Shown here: positions 34,030 through 46,935 of the stretch, piece after piece
Numbering within the stretch: the stretch's first letter is position 1
How the letters are laid out: every line of letters starts with the position of its first letter
NCBI GenBank assembly: GCA_030324005.1
Contig: JARDVH010000115.1
Span: forward strand, 27,699,497 to 27,761,556
Source: Negaprion brevirostris
Lineage: Eukaryota
Direction of reading: 5' to 3'
Length of the DNA: 62,060 nucleotides
Notes under the pieces: generated by a model
What the model saw: the letters and a program-made list of their open reading frames with translations, nothing else
The model's database searches: none
What the model was told of the DNA's origin: nothing
Made by a program: the position numbers and the translations under genes

Positions 34030-34327
34030 AGCACAGTAGCACAATGGTTAGTACTGCTACTTCACAGCTCTAGGGACCAGGGTTCAATTCCCAGCTTGGG
34101 TCACTGTCTGTGTGGGGTTTGCACATTCTCCTTGTGTCTGTGTGGGTTTCCTGTGGGTGCTCCGGTTTCCTCCCACAGTCCATAGATGTGTGGGTTAGGT
34201 TGATTGGCCATGCTAAAAATTGCCCCTTAGTGTCCAGAGATGCATAGGTTAGGAGGATTAGCAAGTAAATATATGGGGATATGGGATAGGACCTGGGTGG
34301 GATTGTGGTTGGTGCAGATTTGATGGG
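34030..34327 (+). mobile_element. HE1 SINE (tRNA head, V-SINE core, HER1 tail)
   Basis: tagcacaatggttagtactg (A box), ggttcaattccc (B box), gggtttcctgtgggtgctccggtttcctcccacagtcc (core). Confidence 0.92.
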
Positions 34328-34600
34328 NNNNNNNNNNNNNNNNNNNNNNNNNNNNNNNNNNNNNNNNNNNNNNNNNNNNNNNNNNNNNNNNNNNNNNNNN
34401 NNNNNNNNNNNNNNNNNNNNNNNNNNNNNNNNNNNNNNNNNNNNNNNNNNNNNNNNNNNNNNNNNNNNNNNNNNNNNNNNNNNNNNNNNNNNNNNNNNNN
34501 NNNNNNNNNNNNNNNNNNNNNNNNNNNNNNNNNNNNNNNNNNNNNNNNNNNNNNNNNNNNNNNNNNNNNNNNNNNNNCATCTGGTTCCTGAAGTATCTTT

Positions 34601-34921
34601 CATAGAAATCAGAGAAACCCTACAGTGCAGAAAGAGGTCATTTGGCCCATCGAGTCTGCACTGACCACGGTCCCACCCCCACATCTTTACCCACTAATCT
34701 CTCTAACTACATATCTCAAGACACTAAGGGGCAATTTTAGACGGCCAACCTAACCCACACATCTTCGGACTGTGGGAGGAAACCGGAGCACCCGGAGGAA
34801 AAACATGCAGACACAAGGAGAATGTGCAAACTCCACACAGACAGTGACCCAAGCCAGGAATTGAACTCAGGTCCCTGAGCTGTGAAGCAACAGTGCTAAC
34901 CACTGTGCTACCATACTGCCC
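34601..34921 (-). mobile_element. HE1 SINE, full length
   Basis: Reverse complement of the same head, core and tail; ends ctgcactgtagggtttctctgatttctatg. Confidence 0.92.
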
Positions 34922-35099
34922 AAAGTCACAAAGTCACATCTTTATGTGGCTTCCGAAGCCAGCTTTCAAACTGCTGGTCAAACAGGTAAGTTAGAGTAGA
35001 AGATTCTGCAAGGAGCTGCTCCTCAAATCATAGGCCATTCCTCTCCCATGTTTGCTCCTGATAGGCTCACGTGGGACAGAGAGGCCCCCTCAAGGGATG

Positions 35100-35350
35100 G
35101 AAAGGCCAGCAAATGAAAGCGAGTGTGTGGGAAGAGAGAGAGAGAGTGTGAGAGCGAGTGTGTGTGGCAGACAGAGGGTGAGAGGAAGTGTGAGTGGGGA
35201 GAAAAAGGGAGTGAGAATGAGTGTACGTGGGAGAGGGTGACTGTGTGTGGGAGCAAGAGAGGCTGAGAGCGAGTGGCACGTGGCAGAAAGCAAAATGATG
35301 GGAGCGAGTGTGTGAGACAGAGAGCAAGAGCAGTTGAGGAAGATAGCACA
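35100..35350. repeat. (GA)/(GT)-rich low-complexity tract
   Basis: gagagagag and gtgtgtg runs. Confidence 0.7.
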
Positions 35351-35549
35351 AGCACATTTTAGTTTACAATAATAGCCCATCCTATCCACAGATAAAAGCA
35401 AAATACTGAGGATGATGGAATCTGAAANNNNNNNNNNNNNNNNNNNNNNNNNNNNNNNNNNNNNNNNNNNNNNNNNNNNNNNNNNNNNNNNNNNNNNNNN
35501 NNNNNNNNNNNNNNNNNNNNNNNNNNNAGCCCATCCTATCCACAGATAA

Positions 35550-35735
35550 AAGCAAAATACTGAGGATGATGGAATCTGAAACAAAAACAGAAAATGCTGG
35601 AAAATCTCAGCAGGTCAGACAGCATCTGTCGAGCACTCTAACGAAGGGTCATCCAGCCTCAAAACATTGGCTCTATTTTCTCTCCACAGATGCTGTCAGA
35701 CTTGCTGGGATTTTCCTGCATTTTCTATTTTATTT
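35550..35735. mobile_element. Fold-back Penelope-derived short element with a decayed hammerhead
   Basis: Arms agaaaatgctggaaaatctcagcaggtcagacagcatctgt and acagatgctgtcagacttgctgggattttcctgcattttct. The centre reads ctaacgaagggtcatccagcctcaaaac. A related copy is at 60590-60755. Confidence 0.7.
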
Positions 35736-37439
35736 GAGCGCATCCTACCCAACTGTTCAATACCGGTTTTTGTATTCCAGACAAGCCTCCTCCCACCCTA
35801 TTTCATTTAGCCCAATGAAAGCAACCTTTTCTTCCTTATCTAGTGTTTCTTTAAATGCATCTATTTCACCTTATATGTTCCTTGTATTAGCAACTTCCAC
35901 ATTATAACTGTAGTCTAGGTGAAGAATTGTCTTACTAAAACAATTCATAGCTTCCCTTCTTGGAATCTTGAACCATGGTTATATGTTTTCCTTAAGAGAT
36001 TGGAAGGACTGCTGATCCTGCATGTACACAGCTCAGCTGTCTGGCATCCAAATGCCAATTTAAATTTATAGCTTTAGGTTAGAGCAAATGGCATGCATGG
36101 TGCTTTTTTTTTAACAGTTTGAAAACTTGCAAGATAGTACAATGCCAAATAGGATTTGTAGTACACAGTTTTCAGGTTGGCAGGACCACATTTTAATTTG
36201 CCTTCCAAATGGACGCTACTGCAAACGAAACCGGAGTCCTCAATATTACACCGCAGTGTTGACAGATTATGTGCTAGTCCCACCATGAGAAGAATCTGAC
36301 ATTTGCTTCACAACAGTTGCAGCTTTATTTGAATTGCTTTCATTTGATGCATAAATTAACCAAGCATGACTTGTCCCTAACCTTTATAGAAAATGTGAAG
36401 AGATTTCAAAGACAACATTACTCCAAGTCGAGTTCAAAGCTTATGTGCTGGCAGAGGCCAGTATCTCTTTTCCCCCCACAATTAGCTGACTCCAACTTCA
36501 AAAGCAGGGGATTGACATTTCTAAACACAGACTGCCAACCTGGCAATTGCAGAGCTTGCATATATATTTGCAACAACTACTGATCATGTTTGGATTTGCT
36601 GCTATGCCACACATGTATAATGAATATTTATACAAACTGTCAAAGTTTGTGAGGAGTAATGGGTTAGCATAAAGTCTTAATTCTATGACTTGGGTTCAAT
36701 GACAGACCAATGGTATGCCATCTCCTCCCTCTCCCATCAGAGTCAAGAGGGAGTGTACTTCTGAAATTAGTATAAGGCACAGTAAAAGAAATTTCTCTCT
36801 CCAGTCAGGCACACAAATGCTTTAGAGTATTAAGTGCTCCAAGTATAAAAAGGCTCCATTTCCCATCTCATATTTTATTAAATGTATTTCCTGTTAAAAT
36901 CTATCACCTATAGCTCTCTTGGAAAGCAAATTATAGAAGCATGAATTCTCTAGAGCAATTACTAAGGGAGTAGCCTAATTAAGAGAATTAAATGGCATCA
37001 TAAAGAAAGACAAAGTTCAAGATGTTAGTAAATTATTTGAACAAAGGCCAAACTCAAAAACAACAGGTGCAAATGAAGAGAGTTGGCATCTGACTCCTAC
37101 TTTTAAAAAAGGAAAGCTAGCATAGCAATTTCACACAAGATATTATTCTGCAAAATATTAAGAACCAAATAAACTACAATCCACTACCAATTTGAATATG
37201 TACACTGACCGTTGTATTTGAATACTGCTAGGAAGAGGCTGAATTAATCAAAGTTTCAATAATATCTTGAGGATATAATATCATGCAACTATACTGCTGC
37301 CACAAACATTTTTTGTTATGCAACTGCATAAAATAAGCTTGGACAATATCCATAATGATCAAAAAATTATTCTAATTACCATAGCATTACAGGAAGCCCA
37401 AAATAAGATATATGTTGAATGAAACAGGGTTTGAGTTTG

Positions 37440-37865
37440 ATGGTTTGAGTTATAAGGAGAGGCTGGATAGACTGGGACTTCTTCCTCTGGAGCGTAGAGG
37501 TCTATAAAATAATGAGGGGCATAGAAAAAGTAGATAGTCAATATCTTTTCCCAAAGGTAGGAATCTAAAACTAGAGGGCACAGGTTTAAGGTGAGAGGGG
37601 AGAGATACAAAAGTGTCCAGAGGGGCAATTTTTTCACACAAAGTGGTGAGTGTCTGGAACAAGTTGCTAGAAGTAGTAGTAGAGGCAGGTGCAATTCTGT
37701 CTTTTAAAAACCATTGAGATAGTTATATGGATAATATGGGTACAGAGGAATATGGGCCAAATGCAGGCAATTGGGATTAACTTAGGGATTTAAAAAAAAA
37801 GAGCAGCATGGACAAATTGGGCTGATGGGCCTGTTTTCATGCTGTAAACCTCTGACTCTATGAAA
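37440..37865 (+). mobile_element. CR1/HER1 LINE 3' end
   Basis: Reads SYKERLDRLGLLPL...TRGHRFKVRG...FFTQ...WNKL; tail gggctgatgggcctgttttcatgctgtaaacctctgactctatg. Confidence 0.9.
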
Positions 37866-38309
37866 CATAGAATCTAGTTATTTGAGCACCACTTCTCAAA
37901 GTCAGTCTAAAATCATATTTAATCATTCTGGAGCATTTCAGTGTTATAAACATAGTTAAACTTAGAGCCAGACATCTAATTCAATCATATTCAGACAAAA
38001 TAAATTCAAATATATTAAAGGATTTTCCTTAGTTACATGGCATGACATTTTTTTCTCTTTTCAAGGGGACAGAAGAGGGTTGGAGCTAGAGTGGCAAAGA
38101 ACAGAATTCTGGAATACAAAACAGAAAATGACAAAAATACTGGGCAGGTTAGCATCTGGAGAGAAAAATAAAGTCAATGTTTTAGATGTAACCCCTTCAC
38201 CACCTTGTGCTTACAATAAGTCACATTTGCAAGTTACTTCAAAAAGAAAATAAGCTTTTCATGAAATAAACATGATACTGAGCCATGCTGCACCAAGGTC
38301 AGAATTAGA

Positions 38310-40180
38310 GTTGTTATCGTGCAGGAGATCATTCAGCTCATCGTGTCAACGCCAGCTCTCCAAATAAGGTAATGACTTTGTGCCATTTTCCTGCCTTTTC
38401 TCCATACCCTTGCACTTTTTTTAATTCAAATAATCATTCAATGCCCTCTTGAATGCCTTGGTTGAATTTGTCTCCACCAGATTCAAGGCAATACATTCCA
38501 GATCTAAACCACTCGCTGTGTGAAAAAGTTTAGTCTCACATTACATTTGCTTCTTCTGCAAATCACTTGAAACCTAGTTTCTCCCTATCTACTCTGTCCA
38601 GCCCCCTCATGATTTTGAACAGCTTTACCAAGTCTCCTCTTAGCCTNNNNNTCAAAAACCTATCAACCCGCGTCTTAAATATATTTAGCGAGGCAGCCTC
38701 CACCACTTCAACGGGCAGAGAATTCCAGTGAACCTCCTCTGCACTCATTAATACGTTCACATCCTTCTTATTGTGTAGTTCTGGGAGCCACACTATGAGC
38801 ACAACCTTCTTGTTCTTACGCTCTATGCCCTATTAATAAACCCAGGATACCGTATGCTTTATTAACTGCTCTATCCACCTGTCATGCTACCATCAGTAAT
38901 CTACGTACATATGCACCTAAATTCCTCTTCTTCTGCACCCCTTTGAGAATTGTACTCATTTTTTATTGTCTACGTTCTTTCTACCAAATGCATTGTGGAA
39001 CACTTCCCCGCACTGAACTTCATCTGCCATCTGCCTAATCCAGCAACCTTTCCAAATTCTACAGTCCTCTCCTCAGTTTACAATAATTCCAAATTTCAAG
39101 TCATCCGCCAACTTTGAAATTGTCTCCTGCACAACAAGATGTAAGATCATGAACATATAATCAGAAAAAGCAAGGGTTCCAACATCAAGTTCTAGGAAAC
39201 TTAACTACAAGCTTTCTTCCAGCCTGAAAAATATCCACTGACCATTACTCAGGCAATTTTGTATCTACATTGCTACTGCCCTTCTACTCCTTGAGCTATA
39301 ACATTTCTCAAGCATGTTGTGTAGCACTGTATTGAATGCCTTCTGAAAGTCCATGTACACCACAGCAACGGCATTATGTTCATCAGCCCTTTCTATTACT
39401 TCCAAAGAGTTAGTTAAAGCGATTTCCCCTTTAGAAATTCATGCTGGCTGGTCCTAATCAACCCACATTTTTCCTTGTGACAACTACTTCAATCCCAAAT
39501 AATTGTTTCGAGAAGCTTCCCCACCACTGAAGTGACTGACTTATTTCTGATTGCTGGGCTTATCCTTACAACCTGTTTGAACAATGGCATAATGTCTGAA
39601 ATTCTCTAGTCCTCTGGCATCTCCCCAGAATCTCAGGAAGACTGAAAGATTTATGGTCTGCGCCCCTCCAATTTTCCCCTTCACTTCCTTCAGCATCCTT
39701 GGATGCATCTTAGCCAGTCCAATGCTTTGTCAACTTTAAGTATCAACAATCTATCCAACATTCCCTCATTATCAATTTTGAACACTTCTGGTGACACCTC
39801 TGTCACCATGGTGTGGGTAGCATTTACTTCCTTGGTAAAGACAGATGCAAAGTATTCATTTACTACCACAGCCATGTTCCCTGCCTCCATACAAAAATTC
39901 CCTTTTAGATCCCTAATCAACGCTAGTCCTCCTCCTATCACCCTTTTACTATCTAGAGAAAACTTTGGGATTCCTCTTTTCTCATAATCCTGTCTCTTTT
40001 CATAATCTGTTTCGCTTCTCTAATATACTTTTTCACTTCCCCTCTGAACCTTCTCTACTCCTCTTGGTTCTAAATTATATTTTCTAATCACTTGTCATAA
40101 GCACACTTGTTCTTTATCTTAATTTCTATCCCCTTTTTTATCCAGGGAACTCTTATTTGCCCTACTTTATCCTTTTGAGG
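38310..40180 (-). mobile_element. Long decayed CR1 LINE (ORF2 RT to 3' end)
   Basis: Minus-strand VVNEYFASVFTKE (ORF 39690-39941), VYMDFQKAF (about 39335-39360) and LRGDLVKLFKIMRGLDRVDREKL. Confidence 0.9.
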
Positions 40181-40554
40181 GAAATAAATGTTGACAAGGT
40201 CACTTACTCACACTGTAACAGGTGGTCAAACATGCAATCACATTTTACAAATTCCTAATTGGCTAGTTATTGACAAATCTTTACTGTCAATGCTTAAAAA
40301 CATACATAATTTTAACAGGACCTGGCAAGGATAATGGTTATTAATTGTAGAAGTACAAATTGCAAGTAAATTTGTTTTCATGTCCAAGTAACATCTAATT
40401 TATTTCATGGCTGGTCGAGAGGTAGAGCAAGTTGGTGAGAATATCAAGTTACTGAAATTTGCAATGTATTCCAGATACTTGTTTTTTGCCATTTGAACAC
40501 AGAATAGAAAACCATTTTTTTTAATGTAACGTGCTTACAAACTGTGGCACAAAC

Positions 40555-41290
40555 TATAGAACATATGAATTAGGAGGAGTAGGCCATAAGAACATAAGAA
40601 ATAGGAGCAGGAGTAGGCCATCTAGCCCTTTGAGCCTGCCCCACCATTCAATAAGATCANNNNNNNNNNNNNNNNNNNNNNNNNNNNNNNNNNNNNNNNN
40701 NNNNNNNNNNNNNNNNNNNNNNNNNNNNNNNNNNNNNNNNNNNNNNNNNNNNNNNNNNNACCTGCAGACTGGGTTTTTGCGACTCGTGCACAAGGACCCC
40801 CAGGTCCCTCTGCACCGTAGCATGTTGCAGCTTTTCACCTTTTAAATAATAATACCTCCTACTATTATTTCTGCCAAAGTGGATAATCTCACACTTGCTA
40901 ACATTGTACTCCATCAGCCAGGTCCTCGCCCACTCGCTCAGCCAATCCAGATCTCTCTGCAGACTTTCCATACCCTCCACACAATTTGCTTTTCCAAATT
41001 CCACATTCGACCCATTGTGCCTGCTCTGCCATTCAAAAAGATCATGGCTGATCTCATTGTGGCTTCAACCCTACATTCTACCTACCCCTGATATTCTCTG
41101 ATTCCCTTTTCAGTCAAGAACCTATCTACCTCTGCCTTAAAAAGATTCACTAATCCTGCCTCCACCACTCTCTAAGGAAAAAGCTCTCTCTCAAATGGGA
41201 GATATCTTATTTTCAAACTGTGCCCACTAATTCTAATCTCTCCCACTCTACTAAGTCCTCTCAGGATCTTGTATACCATTAGTGATTTAA
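40555..41290 (-). mobile_element. CR1/HER1 LINE fragments
   Basis: LQRDLDWLSEWARTWLMEYNVSKCEIIHFGR...QRDLGVLVHES (ORF 40657-41004), plus tails at 40555-40660. Confidence 0.9.
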
Positions 41291-41859
41291 CATCAAAAAA
41301 TAATCTAGTGCTTGCAAAGTATTTTGGTGCATGAAGACATGATAAGGCATTGTACAAATAAAGTTGTTTCTCTCAAGCCACTTTCTAACCTTGAACAGTA
41401 CGGGTTTAAATGAGATGCAGAATCAAAAATACCCAAGCTGTGAAAATCTAGCATGTACAGGACAGTATTGTATGATATACCACAAACATTGTCATACCCA
41501 GGCAGGAATTTTCCCAATTTGTAATGTACGTCATCTGATTTTGCACACACAAAAAGGCCTGGCAGCAACAATTTAAAATGGGAATGATGACAAGGATCAT
41601 CCATAAACAAAATTAGACTCTTTGGTCAGAAAGATATTCACATCATTCTGCAAAGAAACAGACAATGCAAAAATTATTCACAGTACATTGATTGCACTTA
41701 AGGCAAAAATTTTGGAAAAATATACTGTACTTTGAATAATGCCATGATGACAAAAGTTGATATTTCCTTAAGTACAACTTAAATGCTTTAATTTTAATAC
41801 ATCCCTTTTAATAAAAGGAGATGGACCAATATAGAGAATATGTTTTTGGCATTTTTTTT

Positions 41860-43037
41860 TTAACGATCCCAGTTGAAATTATAATTGACAAGATGATCTC
41901 AGAATGGTACCCTGGCTCAATAGATCGTAATGCTTTATTTATTTTAAGAAACGTAGGGGAAGTGTGTCACTGGACCACTAATTCATTTTAACAACAAGGA
42001 AAAGAATAAATGTGAAAAGTTTATGATACAATACTTCTTTACTCCCACCTTAGCATCATAAATATACACAGGTTTTAGAGTTAATACGTTACAAAGTATA
42101 TCTTAGCAATATATTGGTCTCAGTAGCACAGTCCCTTCAAACACACAGGCTGGCTGCAGTAAGACACACACTCCACTCTGAATCCAAGTGAATGTCTTTG
42201 GATTTCTCCTCAATATCCCCCCAGATGATTCTCATACAGTGAACGACCTTGTTTCACTAAACTCTGGCTTCTACAGGCTGGATTTCAAATTCAGCTCTCA
42301 CAAAGACACCCTCTCAAATCTTCTTTAAATACTTTCTTCAGCTGCCTTCAGGTCTCCTTTGCCCGACTGTTGCACAAACTCAATCACTTTACCTATCAAT
42401 TCATACACTGTATTAAGATGGCACCAAAGTTTTGATTTATCTCTGAAGTCTGTTTTCCCACTTTAAATCTGGTTACCGTAACTATCTCTAACTCAGAACA
42501 TTATCTGCTTTTCTCTTGATTCTCCTGAACAGCACACTGTTCAATTTCTTGGTGTCTGTTCCTTTAACTTCAGTCTTCATAAGACAATCATTTTGTCCTA
42601 ATTCCCTGGTTATCCAGACTCTGTCTGGTTCTTTGGGATGTCTGCCTTTTTTCAGTCCCCTTGTACTGTTCAGCTTTTCTTCTGGCAGACCTGAAAGATG
42701 ATTACTCCTCGACACCCCATCTCCAACTGCCATGGCTTCCAGTTAAACTAACAAAGGAAATGTTTTCCCTCAGCAAAGTGGCCCTGGTTACGAAGCAATG
42801 ACTTCTACCTCTACCACAGCTTTTATTCACTCTTCACGCCATAAATTTTTTAAGTACAATAGAAGCACAGTTTGAATTGAAATCAAANNNNNNNNNNAAC
42901 CCCACACATACAAATACTTTTGATCAGATTTACCCTTCCTTACACAGAAACAGCAAATTAAACCCATTTAAAACTACACCTTATTTCCAATATTTGCCAG
43001 TACAAATCCCTTAAATTTGGGTTTATTTTCCTAGCAC
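41860..43037. mobile_element. Putative solo LTR of about 1.18 kb
   Basis: Non-coding block starting taacgatcccag and ending cctagcaca, with minus-strand AATAAA near 41934. The 5' TG is degenerate and no TSD was confirmed. Confidence 0.35.
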
Positions 43038-43049
43038 ATTACTGAAACT

Positions 43050-44225
43050 TTTTTTTCATGTGTATGAGCATCATTGGTGGGACAATCATTTGTTGCACAT
43101 CCCTAATTGAGGTCAAGAACGTGGTGGAGAGCTGCCATCTTGAAATGCTGCAGTCCACGTAGTGTGGGGACACTGACAATGCTGTTAGGAAGGGCATTCT
43201 GTTTTTTTGATCCAGCAGTGAAGGAATGGTGACGTAGTTCAAAGTAAGGTTGGTGTGCAACTTGGAGTGAAACTTGTAAGTAGTGTTGTTCTGACATGCC
43301 TGTTGCCCTTGTCCCTCTGGGTGGTAGAGGTTCGATTTGGAAGATACTGTTGAAGCAGGTGTGGTGAGTTGCTGAAGTGCATCTTGTAGATGTTAACACA
43401 CTATTGCCTTTGCATATCCTGGTGGAAGGAATCAATGTCTGTAGTATTGATTGTGGTACTGTAATGTCCTATCTCAGGGGCTGTGGGTTTCAAACAAAAA
43501 GGAAAGGTGTGGTTTGCACGTCGATTCAAAGTAAGACACAACAGATTTATTTGAGGAGTTCTTGCCTATACAGAATACAAACAAACTAAAATAGCAACCT
43601 CTGAAACATCGTCATAACATTACCATTAAATCATGTGACTGGCTCTTAAAGCAATCATGCAACTTCTTAAATATATAACAGGTGCAAAGCAGGCTGTTTT
43701 GGTCTGAATTATGTTGAGATCCTAGATGTTGTTAGAGCAATAATCACCAAGGCAGGTGGAGACTATTCATTATAATGAATAATCTGAATTGTGCCTTGTA
43801 GATGGTGGACAAACTTTGGGGAGGTGATTTAGTCACCAAAGAATTCCCAACCTCCAATCTGGTCCTGTAGCCACAGTATTTTTAAATGTCTGGTCCAGTA
43901 TGTTTTTGCTCAATAGTAACACAAGGATGTTGATGGTATTACAGTGGAATATCTTGGGGAGATGGTCATTGCCTAGGATTTATGCTGCAAATGTTATTTT
44001 CCACTTGTCAGGTCAAGCCTGAATGTTGTCTTCGTCTTGATGCATATGGACACCAAACTGCTTTAGTATCATGAATCATGAATGGTGCTGAAATCCCACT
44101 TATGATCTTATGATGGAAGAAAGGCCATTGATGAAGCAGATGAAGGTGGTTGGGTCTTGACACTACCCAGTGAAACTCCTGCAGCAGTATTCTGACACTG
44201 CGATAATTGGTTTCCAACAATCACA
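43050..44225 (-). mobile_element. Second CR1-group LINE family, 3' portion, interrupted by a short LTR
   Basis: Reverse complement of sequence homologous to 53600-54530 (e.g. PLPPRGTRA). Confidence 0.8.
43460..43680. mobile_element. Short (221 bp) solo LTR
   Basis: TGTAAT...ATAACA termini with a 5-bp TSD ggtac/ggtgc; it splits a LINE copy. Confidence 0.65.
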
Positions 44226-45159
44226 ATGATGCAGACTCGATGGGCAAAATGGCCTCCTTTGACATAGTAAGGATTCTATAAATATCAAAATGTATAGCAA
44301 AGGGATTCCTGATTCTCATGGCAAGAACCCCATCACTTCAACGGCAGCAGGGAGAGGACAATCAGAACAGAAAATTCTGAAAGCGTAAAGGCTGTCTGAG
44401 GAGTCTCTGACTCTGCCACCATTCCCACCCGCCAAAAACAGGAGTAGAAAATCCCACCGCCCCCTTATCTTGAGGCTGTGCCCTCTAGTCCTGCTGTCCT
44501 TTCTAAGTGGGAAGAATCTCTCTACCTCTACCCTATCCATCCCNNNNNNNNNNNNNNNNNNNNNNNNNNNNNNNNNNNNNNNNNNNNNNNNNNNNNNNNN
44601 NNNNNNNNNNNNNNNNNNNNNNNNNNNNNNNNNNNNNNNNNNNCCAAAAACAGGAGTAGAAAATCCCACCGCCCCCCCCTTTCACCCCATACTTTGAGAA
44701 CTTTAAATTTCCCTCCTAATGCTTTTAAATTTCTTTCTGTAAGCTTTCTTGAACTCACTGTTCCACATGTTTTCCCCAAATCTGTATGACATGTACTTCC
44801 ATAATTAAATATGCCATGAAAATACAACTGCCAATTTAAAACATTTTTGTGAGCCAGGATTTTTCAATCCCATCCCACTTTAAAATTGGAGACAGATCAA
44901 GGCAGGATAGGGCCCAGTGGGAAGCCTTCCAGAGAATTTTACACATTACCCCACACACCCCCTATAAACCCACTGATGGGTTTGTCCACTGATTGTGGGC
45001 TTGCAGCACAAAATTCCTCACAATCAGACACAAATTCCTAGTATGCTGTCAAACTCAAAAATCACCAGACAGAAATAGTCCGTGCTGATGCAGTCCTGAG
45101 GTGATCTTTCCAGTTTGAGGTTAAAATATATTGTTGCAGGAGAGTAGCAGGAACTTGGG

Positions 45160-45792
45160 CTCAGTAATAGCAGTGAGACAGAGTTGCACTGTCAATGGTG
45201 CTAACTTTCAGATAAAAGATGTTCTCTGACTCAAAGTGATTTGCAAAATAAGCAAATGCAATGCGTGAGAAAAAAAAACAGCGAGTGGTTTGGGTCTGAA
45301 GTGCACTGCCTGGAAGTGTGGTGGGAGCAGGTTCAATTGAGGGACTCAAGAGGACATTAGATGATTATTTCACAATGTGAAGGGGTACAGGGGAAAGGCA
45401 GGAGAATGGCATAAAGACATAATGCTCATTTAGAAGGGCCAGTGCAGGCATAATAGGCTGAATGGCCTTTTCCTGAATCATAACAATTCTGTGAAATGTT
45501 AAATTGAGGGCCCACCTCACCTTTCACGTTAACATAAAAGATTCTGTAATACTATTTGAAGAAGAGCAGGCCATATTCTCCCAATTACTGGGAATTAATT
45601 TTCACTCAACCAATATCTATAAAACAAATGATCTGGTTATATTTAAGCTGTTTGTGGATCATACTATGTACAAGTTGGCTGCCACGTTTCCCTACTTAGT
45701 AACAGTGACTACACTTAAGTTGTAAAGTACTTTCAGCCATCCAGAAGTCATGAAAAGCTCTATATAAATGCAAGATTGATCCTTCTTTCTTT
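45160..45792 (+). mobile_element. Deu-domain SINE (SacSINE1/AmnSINE-like) interrupted by a CR1 tail (about 45230-45495)
   Basis: Contains taaaagattctgtaatactatttgaagaagagcagg, ttggctgccacgtttcc and the tail ctatataaatgcaag. Confidence 0.75.
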
Positions 45793-45956
45793 ACCCTCCA
45801 CCTATGTCTGATGAGAATGTTTGATGTAGGGACTAAAATAACAAAACTAAAACTAGTTTTAATTACCAGCTAATATCCCTTACCACAATGTGCACAAAAA
45901 AATCCAAAAAAGTTAAATTTTAGTACCATGTCTTTCAAAAAAAATCTAAAATATAG

Positions 45957-46252
45957 ACAGGCAGCACAGAGCAAGTGGTTAGCATTGTTGCCTCACAGTG
46001 CCAAGTTCAATTCTGGCTTCGGGTCACTGTCTGTATGGAGTTTGCACATTCTCCTCATATCAGTGTGGGTTTCCTGCCACAACCCAAAAATGTGCGGGTT
46101 AAGTGGATTGCCCATGCTAAATTGCCCCTCAGTGTCAGGGGGACTAGCAGAGTAAATTTGTGGGGTTACAGGGATAGGGCCTGGGTGAGATTGTTGTAGG
46201 TTCAGGCTCAATGGGTTGAATGGCCTCCTTCTGCACTGTAGGGATTCTATGA
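45957..46252 (+). mobile_element. HE1 SINE
   Basis: Head gtggttagcattgttgcctcacagtgcc, partly deleted core, tail ctgcactgtagggattctatg. Confidence 0.9.
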
Positions 46253-46589
46253 TGGTATGATAGACCTTGCAACTTGGTTTTATGAGTGCCATCAAGTAGA
46301 TTCAAGTCAAGTACTTTCATTGATGCTGCTATTCCATTGAACACAAATCAATTTTACATTCCACCAGACTTGCAGTCCATCTTCACCCAAAAGCAGGGGC
46401 TTTTGAATGATAATTTTCAATGCCATTTTCAAGAATCAGGGTAATTAGAAGGAATATCTAAGTTCATACTGCACTTTAAAGAGATTTACAGTAGACAAAT
46501 ATCTTCTCGTCTTCAACAAATCCCATCCACCTTTGAGTGCTGTCCATCCTATTCTAACTTGGAGGATATAAGGCACTANNNNNNNNNNC

Positions 46590-46935
46590 CAATCACATCC
46601 ATATGTTTGTAAATCCCTTCATGGCCTTATTGCTCCTTATCTCCAAACAATTACAACACCTTTTCAAATTCTCTGCCACTTCTGACTCCTGCCTTTTTCA
46701 AAACTCACTCCCTTTGCCCACCACTGTACCTACATGCCATGCAGCCAATTTTCTGGAATTCCCTCCCAAAGCAATCACATCCACACCTTTGTCTCCTCCT
46801 TCAAGATGTGTTTTTTAAACCCACCCCTTACTGGTCACCCCACCCAGTAATTCCTTTGCTGTACCTTTTGTCCTGATATGCTTCTATGAAGTTTTACTAT
46901 GTTAAAGGCATTACATAAATCCAAGTGCTGCTGTT
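46590..46935 (+). mobile_element. L2-like LINE 3' remnant
   Basis: ctggaattccctcccaaagc followed by the tail tttactatgttaaaggcattacataaatccaagtg. A similar remnant lies at 52450-52815. Confidence 0.55.

Noticed and set aside
34030-34100. tRNA genes at SINE heads
   Set aside because: The A/B boxes continue directly into SINE core sequence and no full cloverleaf is evident.
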